Virus record (IMG/VR): IMGVR_UViG_3300021431_000122
Span: 4,380 to 68,379 of that record
From: a virus
Taxonomy: Duplodnaviria; Caudoviricetes
Reading direction: 5' to 3' (one strand)
DNA: 64,000 nt
Shown one piece after another: positions 1-7,903 of the stretch (its first letter is position 1; each line of letters starts with the position of its first letter). The translations under genes and the position numbers were made by a program. The notes beneath the pieces were generated by a model that worked only from the letters and a program-made list of their open reading frames with translations, searched no databases and was not told the origin of the DNA.

Positions 1-1
1 T

Positions 2-1813
2 TCTCTCTTTCCTTCGTGGGCAGACGGCTACATCCTGCTTCGGCAACACATGACCAAGATGGCGGCGTTCAACACAAACATCCAACTATTCTTCCAAGAT
101 TATTTTGGCGAAGATTATAACACGGCTGTGTTAGAGGATATGTGGGGTGGCAAGCATCTGGCAAAAGATATCAAGCTGATCACAACCGACAACGCAATTA
201 AGTGGCTTAAATTTGGGGTTACATTTGATTACTGGGCGAAGAAGGTTCGGGAGAATGGTTCGCTGTTTGGGATTGTAAAGACGGCTCACCGCAGCAAACT
301 TGGCGATGTTCAGAAGATGAGCTATCAGATGGTAAACTCTCTTGACATTGGAACGATGCCGTTAGTCATGAACAAGACTGAAGCGTACATCAGTCAATTG
401 CAGACAGACGATGAGGAGTTTCTTCATTATTTAAATATGAACAAAAACTTCTCAAATGATTATGAGGTACTGATTGCACTTGTTAAACAAGATCCAGAAT
501 TTGTACGGTGTAAATATTTCAGAGAACGAAGGTATGCAATCATCAAGGGGTACATGATTAAGGCGAAGTCTGGCAAGCTGATTCAGAATGCCGACAACCT
601 TACAATTGTAGGTTCTCCATATGCAATGCTTCTCCACACTGTTGGTGAGGACGTTGAAAACGATGACACGTTTGAGAACGAGGATGGATGTATTCAATGT
701 TATACTGGTCGTTTCGAAGATGGTGAATACCTTGCGGCATTCCGCTCTCCGTTTAATTCACGGAATAACATGGATCATTTACACAACCATTATAGTGAAA
801 AGATAAATAAATATTTTAATTTAGGAAAACAAATTATAGCAGTCAACATGCTTCATACTGATTTCCAAGACAGAAACAATGGCTCAGATCAGGATTCTGA
901 TTCGGTATACGTTACAAATCAACCGGAGATTGTTGCACATGCAAAGTACTGCTACGAGAACTACCACACAATAGTAAACAATATTCCACAAGAGAAGAAT
1001 CATTATAATAACACATTAGAAAACTACAGCATTATAGATGACAAATTAAGTAAGAGTCAGCTTGCTATTGGCGAGTCTTCAAATCTCGCACAGCTATGTC
1101 TGACATATTCATATTGCTTGGATGATCCGAAGTATGAAGATTATGTTTGTATCTTGTCAGTAGTTGCACAGGCGGCAATTGATAACGCCAAGAGAGCTTA
1201 CGACATTGATATACCCGGAGAAGTTAAGCGAATTAAAAAAGACATGAATATTGGAAATAACCTCTATCCTGCTTTTTGGCAGATTATAAAACCAGACTTC
1301 AAGGCGGTCAGTCGAATAAAAACGAAGGAAGGCTATGTATTAAAGAGAATGATAAATGATGATCTCACATCTCCTATGGGCGAGTTATATAAAATGACAA
1401 TGCCCTATAAGAGAAGAGACTCTTCTACTCTCCCGCTTTCCGATTTCTTCGTGCGCTATGAACTGACACAAAGCAGAAAGAGATGCAAGAAGATAGAGGA
1501 ATTAATAGAGAAGTATGCGTTTGATGTTTACAAATTCAACATTGATGAAGATTCTGATGAAGATTATTTTCTTCTGAGTGATGAATTTGAGAATCTGGTT
1601 TCTGACATTCAAAAGATTCACATATCAAACAATTATCTTGGTCTTATGTCTTGGCTTATCAACAGAGCGTTTGTTGTTACACCAGATGTTAACCAGTCGA
1701 TGCTGAGAACCACATTAAATAAGAACAGGGCGGCGTTGATGAACGTTCTTTATCATGTAAGTCCTCGTCAGTTCTTACAATGTTTTACAGGTAACATGTC
1801 AAAAAGTGGTTGA
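2..1813 (+). CDS. YonO-like single-subunit DNA-dependent RNA polymerase, 5'-truncated by the window
   Basis: Frame is open from base 2 (SLFPSWADGYILLRQHM...). Contains AFRSPFNSRNN and the catalytic DxDxD motif in FQDRNNGSDQDSD, plus IGESSNLAQ and QAAIDNAKR. Confidence 0.85.
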   Translation, partial: SLFPSWADGYILLRQHMTKMAAFNTNIQLFFQDYFGEDYNTAVLEDMWGGKHLAKDIKLITTDNAIKWLKFGVTFDYWAKKVRENGSLFGIVKTAHRSKLGDVQKMSYQMVNSLDIGTMPLVMNKTEAYISQLQTDDEEFLHYLNMNKNFSNDYEVLIALVKQDPEFVRCKYFRERRYAIIKGYMIKAKSGKLIQNADNLTIVGSPYAMLLHTVGEDVENDDTFENEDGCIQCYTGRFEDGEYLAAFRSPFNSRNNMDHLHNHYSEKINKYFNLGKQIIAVNMLHTDFQDRNNGSDQDSDSVYVTNQPEIVAHAKYCYENYHTIVNNIPQEKNHYNNTLENYSIIDDKLSKSQLAIGESSNLAQLCLTYSYCLDDPKYEDYVCILSVVAQAAIDNAKRAYDIDIPGEVKRIKKDMNIGNNLYPAFWQIIKPDFKAVSRIKTKEGYVLKRMINDDLTSPMGELYKMTMPYKRRDSSTLPLSDFFVRYELTQSRKRCKKIEELIEKYAFDVYKFNIDEDSDEDYFLLSDEFENLVSDIQKIHISNNYLGLMSWLINRAFVVTPDVNQSMLRTTLNKNRAALMNVLYHVSPRQFLQCFTGNMSKSG

Positions 1814-1926
1814 TTTCGGGTACACCCCCCTGCAATCGACACTTGATTATGTATGCTTTTACGTACATATTTTCTCCTCAATGAATTAGACTATATGAGG
1901 GAAAGGAATTAAAAGGAGAAATAGAT

Positions 1927-2244
1927 ATGAATTATACACCATTTGAAGATCTTAGGCCGTTCTTTGGACTTGAACCAATTCGTAAACATACGAATAACAA
2001 GAAGCGACTTGAGAGCATCCAAAAACGATTCACAAGTAGACATGTGTGCCCCATCTGCAAACAGGAGATGAAACATGTCGAAGGAACTAACGTTATGGTT
2101 TGCAACAATCCTTCGTGCAAGGGACAAAAGATAAAAGTATATGATGAAAACAGGGACGGAGAAAATCTTACCATTAATTGCGCTCTGTTTCATACATTAG
2201 ACGAAACCGGTGCGAAGATTGCAAATAATATTTTTTACGAATAA
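1927..2244 (+). CDS. Zn-ribbon protein, function unknown
   Basis: CPIC...CNNPSC; strong RBS aaaaggag. Confidence 0.7.
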   Translation: MNYTPFEDLRPFFGLEPIRKHTNNKKRLESIQKRFTSRHVCPICKQEMKHVEGTNVMVCNNPSCKGQKIKVYDENRDGENLTINCALFHTLDETGAKIANNIFYE

Positions 2245-2258
2245 AAGGAGAAAGAAAA

Positions 2259-2534
2259 ATGACTAGAGAAGATTTTGCAAGGGCAGTATCTACGGAGACT
2301 GGATTTACCATCAAGGATGTGAAGGCTGTACTTGGTGCAATTCGTAAGGTTCTAGTTGAGGAGCTGAAGAAACAGGAGACAGTTAAGTTTATTGATGGCA
2401 TCACCTTCGAGTCGTCCATGACCGAGGAGCATGAAATGAAGAGTCCTCGTACCGGAGAGACTCTCGTTGTTCCTGCTAGAATTAAGCCTCGTTGTAAATT
2501 TGGCGCAACTCTTAAACGAGATATTAACGAATAA
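2259..2534 (+). CDS. hup: HU/IHF-like DNA-binding protein
   Basis: 91 aa; MTREDFARAVS..TGFT.KDV helical core, SPRTGET arm tip, PRCKFGATLK C-terminus. Confidence 0.85.
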   Translation: MTREDFARAVSTETGFTIKDVKAVLGAIRKVLVEELKKQETVKFIDGITFESSMTEEHEMKSPRTGETLVVPARIKPRCKFGATLKRDINE

Positions 2535-2545
2535 GGAGAATCGTG

Positions 2546-2926
2546 ATGGCATTCATATATTGCAACCCTAACCCAACGAATAGTACCGTTGGTGACTGTG
2601 TGATCAGAGGTGTCGCTATTGCTTTAAACATTACATGGGAACAAGCATATGCTGGCGTAACCCTTAAGGGATATGAAATGTATGACATGCCGTCTTCAAA
2701 TCGTGTCTGGGGTGAATATCTGTATTCAAAAGGATTTCGCAGACATATCATCCCAGATACTTGTCCTAACTGCTACACAATAAATCAATTCGCTAATGAC
2801 AATCCAGAAGGTGTTTATTTGCTTGCAACTGGAAGTCATGTCGTTGCTGTGATAGATGGAAATTATTATGATACATGGGATTCTGGAAATGAGATACCCA
2901 TATACTTTTGGCGAAAGGAAGAATAA
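2546..2926 (+). CDS. Hypothetical protein with papain/C39-like Cys-His-Asp pattern (cassette gene 1)
   Basis: NPNP..VGDCVIRG, HVVAVIDGNYYDTWDSG; RBS aaggag. Confidence 0.55.
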   Translation: MAFIYCNPNPTNSTVGDCVIRGVAIALNITWEQAYAGVTLKGYEMYDMPSSNRVWGEYLYSKGFRRHIIPDTCPNCYTINQFANDNPEGVYLLATGSHVVAVIDGNYYDTWDSGNEIPIYFWRKEE

Positions 2927-2929
2927 TAA

Positions 2930-3310
2930 ATGGACATTGCTCAACAGCCTTATTTTGCTCAACCGTGGAGTAATCCGGTTACTACGCAACAGCCGTATCG
3001 TCCACAGAACAATTCGAACTCTTCAAGTCTTATGACTGTCCTAGTTCATGGTGAAGACGAGGTAAACAATTATCCAGTTGCCGCAGGATTTACCGTAATG
3101 CTTGTAGACTTTGATATGAAGAAGTTTTGGTTGAAGACTACTGGAATGAATGGTGTGCCGCAACAGCCTAGAGTGTTTTCTATTCACGAAGAGACTCCTA
3201 CGGTGAATACTATTCCAACTGGCAACTATGTTTCCAAGGATGAGTTCAATGCGCTTAATGCGAAACTGGATAAACTCTTAAAAGATTTAGGAGGAAATGA
3301 TAATGTTTAA
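2930..3310 (+). CDS. Hypothetical protein, P/Q-rich N-terminus and C-terminal coiled coil (cassette gene 2)
   Basis: Tightly packed ORF; YVSKDEFNALNAKLDKLL. Confidence 0.75.
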   Translation: MDIAQQPYFAQPWSNPVTTQQPYRPQNNSNSSSLMTVLVHGEDEVNNYPVAAGFTVMLVDFDMKKFWLKTTGMNGVPQQPRVFSIHEETPTVNTIPTGNYVSKDEFNALNAKLDKLLKDLGGNDNV

Positions 3311-3509
3311 TCCTATGCAAATTTTTCAGATGTTTGGTGGACAGCAGAATATGCTTGGTCAGCATCAGCAGATGATGAGCGAATATCAACGGCAAGGCAT
3401 CAATCCACAGATGCAAGTTCAGCAAATGCTTAACTCTGGGCGAATAAGCCAAGAGCAATTTAATCAGGCGAGAATGATTGCAAACATTCTTACTGGAAGA
3501 GGATTTTGA
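3297..3509 (+). CDS. Q/M/N-rich small hypothetical protein (cassette gene 3)
   Basis: RBS ggagg; overlaps the previous stop; NPQMQVQQMLNSGRISQEQF. Confidence 0.7.
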   Translation: MIMFNPMQIFQMFGGQQNMLGQHQQMMSEYQRQGINPQMQVQQMLNSGRISQEQFNQARMIANILTGRGF

Positions 3510-3575
3510 TTTTTCTGGGCCTAGAAATTCAAAATATAAACTGTCAACATTTCTTTTAAGAAAGGACTAATCTTA

Positions 3576-4325
3576 ATGTCATTAACAGAGAATGGTGGCG
3601 GCCTCTCAGCCGCAGATGTAGCAGCAGTAACTGGCGGTAACGGTTATGGTTTTGGAGGAGGAGATTTCGGATACTGGATTCTCATCCTCTTGATTTTTGC
3701 CTTCATGGGGAATGGCTTCGGCTATGGCTATGGTGGTGGAGGCGGTATGCAGGGTGATGTTCAGCGTGGTTTCGATCAGCAGTCTGTAATGTCTGGTATC
3801 AGCGGAATCAACACTGCCCTCTCCAATGCGGAAGTTTCCAGATGTAATTCTCAGGCAAACATTCTTCAGGCTATTAATACTGGACAGATGGCGGCTAATC
3901 AGAATTATAATACGCTTGCAATGGCGCTTCAGAACTATGCGTTTAATAACGGTGCGGGCATTGCTGATCTCAAATACTCGATTGCTACAGAAGCATGCGC
4001 AGATAGAACAGCTATTTCCGATGCGCTGAGAGATGTAATTGCTTCTAATACGGCGAACACTCAGGCGATTCTTGACAAGATGTGCCAGCAGGAAATGGAA
4101 AGTCTCCGACAGCAGAACTCGAATCTTCAGACTCAGCTTAATCTGGCAAATCTTGCCGCATCTCAGAATGCCCAGACAGGACAGCTTCTTGCGGACAATG
4201 CGGCTCAGACTGCCGCTCTTAAGCAAGCACTTAATCCGACTCCTGTTCCCGCTTATGTTGTTCAGAACCCTTCTTGTTGTAATTATGGTTACTCTACCGG
4301 ATGCGGTTGTGGAATGATTGCTTAA
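3576..4325 (+). CDS. Gly-rich, single-TM, coiled-coil protein with Cys-rich tail (cassette gene 4)
   Basis: Hydrophobic YWILILLIFAFMG flanked by G/Y/F repeats; N/Q/A heptads; C-terminal CCNYGYSTGCGCG. Confidence 0.8.
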   Translation: MSLTENGGGLSAADVAAVTGGNGYGFGGGDFGYWILILLIFAFMGNGFGYGYGGGGGMQGDVQRGFDQQSVMSGISGINTALSNAEVSRCNSQANILQAINTGQMAANQNYNTLAMALQNYAFNNGAGIADLKYSIATEACADRTAISDALRDVIASNTANTQAILDKMCQQEMESLRQQNSNLQTQLNLANLAASQNAQTGQLLADNAAQTAALKQALNPTPVPAYVVQNPSCCNYGYSTGCGCGMIA

Positions 4326-4340
4326 GGGGAGGTGGAGTAC

Positions 4341-4805
4341 ATGGCTGAATATTCAGCAAATGCCGTCCAGACTGTGAACCCCGGAGAATCCGTTGTGTTT
4401 ACAGATACCCCTGTTCCATGTGAGCGTGGTTTCATTCGGCACAGAGATGATTCGGGAAGTTTTCTTCTTAAGGGTGCTGTGTTAAGACGGCCTTGTGGAT
4501 GTCCATCTTCGCAGTTCGCCAATTATCTGGTAGACTTCAGTGCCAATATTGCCATTCCTACCGGAGGAACCGTTGAGGATATATCTTTGGCGGTCACGAT
4601 AGATGGTTCTACTATTCCTTCCAGTACAATGATTGTAACTCCTGCCGCAGTTGAAAATTATTTCAACGTGTCCGTTGCAGTTACAGCACAGATTTGGACG
4701 GGCTGTTGTGAAACAGTTGCAGTTCGCAACACAAGCAGTCAGCCGATTCTAGTACAGAACGCCAATATTATTTTGACAAGGCCAGATCTGGCCGTCACAA
4801 GATAA
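4341..4805 (+). CDS. BclA-CTD/C1q-like beta-sandwich protein (cassette gene 5)
   Basis: Beta-strand-rich; QTVNPGESVVFT, YLVDFSANI, ISLAVTIDG, VQNANII. Fold assignment from recognition only. Confidence 0.55.
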   Translation: MAEYSANAVQTVNPGESVVFTDTPVPCERGFIRHRDDSGSFLLKGAVLRRPCGCPSSQFANYLVDFSANIAIPTGGTVEDISLAVTIDGSTIPSSTMIVTPAAVENYFNVSVAVTAQIWTGCCETVAVRNTSSQPILVQNANIILTRPDLAVTR

Positions 4806-4818
4806 GGGGAGGAGAAGG

Positions 4819-5241
4819 ATGGTAGACAAAACGATTACTGATCTCAAAGACCTTCTAATGGAAGAGATCAAAAAATTAACAAAAAAGAATGACTTGTCTC
4901 CAGTCGAACTGGAGAATGCTGATAAGGCATTAAAGTTGATTTGCAAAATAGAAAAGATGGAACGTGGAGAATATGCTGATGATGACGAAGGCTATTCGTC
5001 TCGCAACTATTGGATTTCATCTTATGACCATCCTATGCGTTATTACGATAATCGTAATGGCAATCAGTCATATGCTCGTGGCAGATATAGTTCTCGTAGT
5101 TATGATAATAATTACAGCGGTCACAGCATCAAGGATCGGATGGTTTCGCAACTTGAGTCTATGTACGATGAAGCAAAGACAGAACACGAACGACAGATTG
5201 TTGACGAGTGGATTAAACGCATTGCTTCGGATAATATGTAA
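4819..5241 (+). CDS. Hypothetical protein, helical N-terminus with R/S/Y-rich low-complexity segment (cassette gene 6)
   Basis: RBS ggaggag; YARGRYSSRSYDNNYSGH. Confidence 0.75.
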   Translation: MVDKTITDLKDLLMEEIKKLTKKNDLSPVELENADKALKLICKIEKMERGEYADDDEGYSSRNYWISSYDHPMRYYDNRNGNQSYARGRYSSRSYDNNYSGHSIKDRMVSQLESMYDEAKTEHERQIVDEWIKRIASDNM

Positions 5242-5244
5242 TTA

Positions 5245-5271
5245 TGGTGGGGCGGTTCTGCCGCCCCATTA
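5245..5271 (+). terminator. GC-rich hairpin closing the cassette (no U-tract)
   Basis: tggggcgg-ttctg-ccgcccca. Confidence 0.4.
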
Positions 5272-5300
5272 AAAACAAGGATTAAAAGGAGAACTACAAA

Positions 5301-5918
5301 TTGGAAGAATTACAGATTGCTCTGCCAGAAAACCTTGAGACTATGCAGTTGCCAGATCCGGGGTATGTTAATTACTGGAGACTGTTTAATGATAGAATTG
5401 TTTATATGGATACTGATATTGATGATAATGCTCTTGAAATACAGAAGGATATTTTATATTTCAATATGGTTGATGTGGGTATCCCCAAAGAAGAACGTAA
5501 ACCTATAAAGATTATTATTAATTCTCAAGGTGGTTATTTAGCTGAAGCAATGAGTCTTGCAACTACATTTAAACTATCTGAGACTCCGGTATGGACATAT
5601 AATGCAGGTTATGCTTATAGCGGTGCTTGCATTCTGCTCGTTGCAGGACAAAAACGTTTTGCACTCCCCTACTCTTTCGCACTTTTTCACAGTGGATCTG
5701 GTGGAGTGTCTGGAACATTTGAGCAAACACAAGAGGCTCAGAAGCAATACAAGAAACAGGTAGATGATATGAATAAGTTCTTCATGGAACAAACAACCAT
5801 TGAAGATAAAGTGTTCAAAAGAAACAAATCTAAGGATTGGTACTTCTCTGTTGACGACCAGTTAAATTATGGACTCGTTGATTGTGTAGTATCATCTCTT
5901 AATGAAATTATTGTATAA
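5301..5918 (+). CDS. clpP: ClpP-like serine protease (TTG start)
   Basis: IKIIINSQGG, AYSGA (Ser), LFHSG (His), KDWYF (Asp), YGLVD. Confidence 0.88.
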   Translation: MEELQIALPENLETMQLPDPGYVNYWRLFNDRIVYMDTDIDDNALEIQKDILYFNMVDVGIPKEERKPIKIIINSQGGYLAEAMSLATTFKLSETPVWTYNAGYAYSGACILLVAGQKRFALPYSFALFHSGSGGVSGTFEQTQEAQKQYKKQVDDMNKFFMEQTTIEDKVFKRNKSKDWYFSVDDQLNYGLVDCVVSSLNEIIV

Positions 5919-5925
5919 TGACTAC

Positions 5926-6536
5926 CATTGGTAGTCTTGCTGTGCGTACAAATATCTTGGTGAAGATGCGCTAGTCACGTTGCCAAGAGCATCTGAAATG
6001 CGAGAGCTTACGGGTTGGGATACTGGCCAGTAGGCTCTTTTGATTTTGTCGTGAGACAATTTCGTCAAGGAAGGAAACCTCCAAGGCAAAGGATGTGTAC
6101 TGCATTATATCGTTGTATAGTGCCAATTTCACGCCGTCCCGAAAATACACCGCCACTAGGAGTGGAGCAACCCTGATGCCATGTGCGTAGGAAACACATG
6201 GAATGGAGTAAGTAGGGGAAACCTAAAAACAAGGGATGTTGTCGTTGATCTCTGGGAAACCGGAAGTATAAGGCGTGTTGGTTGGGTGAGTAGGGCAAAG
6301 CGACAGTCATGGTTACAGAAGAACAACATCGAGTGGTATGTGTTATAAAATTCTGAATGATGCCTGAAAGTTGTGGGCGAGGAATCCCACATGAGTTATG
6401 GAGTTACTACTCTGGGGTAAGAAGTGTATGGGCGACGGCTCATATGCTCAGACTTATCTCCTCATTCGCATAATAATATAACCATATAGTGTGGCAAGAC
6501 GAAGGTCTATTTGTTTGCACAGCAAGGCTACTGATG
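5926..6536 (+). ncRNA. Large ornate ncRNA, ROOL-like (GOLLD less likely on length)
   Basis: 611-nt gap with no credible ORF. Closed by a 20-bp helix (5926-5945 with 6517-6536, several G-U pairs). Several GNRA-capped hairpins. Motifs gggtgagtagggcaaa, gaatgatgcctgaaagttgtggg..aatccc and gctcagac resemble ROOL as recalled; not verified by a covariance search. Confidence 0.7.
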
Positions 6537-6557
6537 ACGAATAAAAGGAGAAACAAT

Positions 6558-7751
6558 TTGGCAGACTACATACGTTTTGACGGTGAGTCAGACGAGGAAC
6601 TGATATATAGAGTTTGCTCTGACAAGGATAAGATTGGTACTTGGGATGATGTCGCTACAATTTTAAATCGACTGCTTGGTACTGATTATGGCGAAAGTAC
6701 ATTTCGCAAAAAGTATGTTGCGTTTACAAAAATGTTTGATGCTAATCGTCGGCGGTTTGTTGATGCTGATGGACAGTTGGCTGAAATCAATACGAAGATT
6801 CGTGAGCTTCAAAAGGAGCGTGCAAAACTCCAGAGTGAGAAGCTTGAATATAATCGTTATCTCCGAGAGGACGCTCGTGATGAATTAATCATGGAACACA
6901 TCTGCGATGTCATTTCTTCCCTCCCTCCGCTTGAGCGTCCTCTCCCAATTCTTCCGTTTCATGGTCATAAAGAATATGCTCTGATTTTTGGCGATGAGCA
7001 TTTTGGTGTTGAGTTTACAATACCCGGTATTAATAACGAAATTATTAATGAGTATAGTCCAGATATCTTTATGAAACGGATGGATTTATTATTGGCTAAG
7101 GTTACTGAGAAAGTAGAGTCCGAAGGTATTGATATCTTAAATGTTTATTCTATGGGTGACTTTTCTGACGGATGTTTGCGTGTGTCTCAGTTACGTAAGC
7201 TACGGTACGGTGTAGTTGAGGGAACTATTAAGTACGCAGATTATATTACTCATTGGCTCAATGATTTAACCAAAGTTGTCAATGTAAGATTCCAAATGAC
7301 AGACGGAAATCATACTGAACTTCGTCAGCTAGGACAACCAAAGGGAACTTTTGTTGATGACAATATGGGAAAGGTCGTTCGTGAGTTTATTAAAACTCGG
7401 CTTGCAAATAACGCCAACTTTGAGTTTGTTGAAAATCCTACCGGATATATTTTTGACGAGTTATGTGGATATTGGATTCTTGGTATTCATGGTGAAGTTA
7501 AAGACATGTCTTCTGCTCTTAGAGATTTTGCCCAGATATATGGTGTTCCAATTAATTATCTTATTGCGGGACATATGCATCATAGTCGCAATGAGGAGAT
7601 TGGTATTAATGTCGAAACTATTAATGTGCCATCAATCATTGGTGTAGATCCGTATTCTATGGCCCTTAGAAAAACTTCGTCTCCCGCTGCGAAGCTTTTA
7701 GTGTTTGAAGAGCGGGAAGGAAAAAATTGCGAATACACATTTAAACTTTGA
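6558..7751 (+). CDS. Calcineurin-like metallophosphoesterase with N-terminal helical/coiled-coil region (YonH-like; TTG start)
   Basis: GDEH, GDFSDG, GNH, HGE and GHMHH motifs; RBS aaaaggag 7 nt before the TTG. Confidence 0.85.
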   Translation: MADYIRFDGESDEELIYRVCSDKDKIGTWDDVATILNRLLGTDYGESTFRKKYVAFTKMFDANRRRFVDADGQLAEINTKIRELQKERAKLQSEKLEYNRYLREDARDELIMEHICDVISSLPPLERPLPILPFHGHKEYALIFGDEHFGVEFTIPGINNEIINEYSPDIFMKRMDLLLAKVTEKVESEGIDILNVYSMGDFSDGCLRVSQLRKLRYGVVEGTIKYADYITHWLNDLTKVVNVRFQMTDGNHTELRQLGQPKGTFVDDNMGKVVREFIKTRLANNANFEFVENPTGYIFDELCGYWILGIHGEVKDMSSALRDFAQIYGVPINYLIAGHMHHSRNEEIGINVETINVPSIIGVDPYSMALRKTSSPAAKLLVFEEREGKNCEYTFKL

Positions 7752-7752
7752 T

Positions 7753-7793
7753 GAGGTTGCGGCATTGCCAAATAGTGGCGGTGTCGTGATTTC
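7753..7793 (+). other. 18-bp G-U-rich hairpin directly upstream of tRNA-like element 1
   Basis: gaggttgcggcattgcca-aatag-tggcggtgtcgtgatttc. Confidence 0.55.
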
Positions 7794-7798
7794 ATATA

Positions 7799-7875
7799 GG
7801 GCGCTTAGTTCACGTTCGGCAAAACTAATACGTACTAACTACGTATTGTCGGAGGTTCAAATCCTTCAGCGTCCG
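7799..7875 (+). tRNA. tRNA-like element 1 (aberrant anticodon arm, no CCA)
   Basis: Acceptor gggcgct/agcgtcc; T-arm ggagg-TTCAAAT-ccttc; anticodon arm is 8 bp (aatacgta/tacgtatt) with loop CTAAC; 3-nt variable region. Confidence 0.7.
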
Positions 7876-7903
7876 TTATCAAGGAATATAAGGAGATATT
7901 ATT

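Noticed and set aside
5971-6392. Short minus-strand ORFs in the 5.9-6.5 kb gap
   Set aside because: The region is better explained as a structured RNA with a long terminal helix.
7799-7875. Amber suppressor/pyrrolysine tRNA and genome recoding
   Set aside because: The loop register does not place CUA at positions 34-36, the ORFs are intact in code 11, and TAG serves as a stop at 14313.
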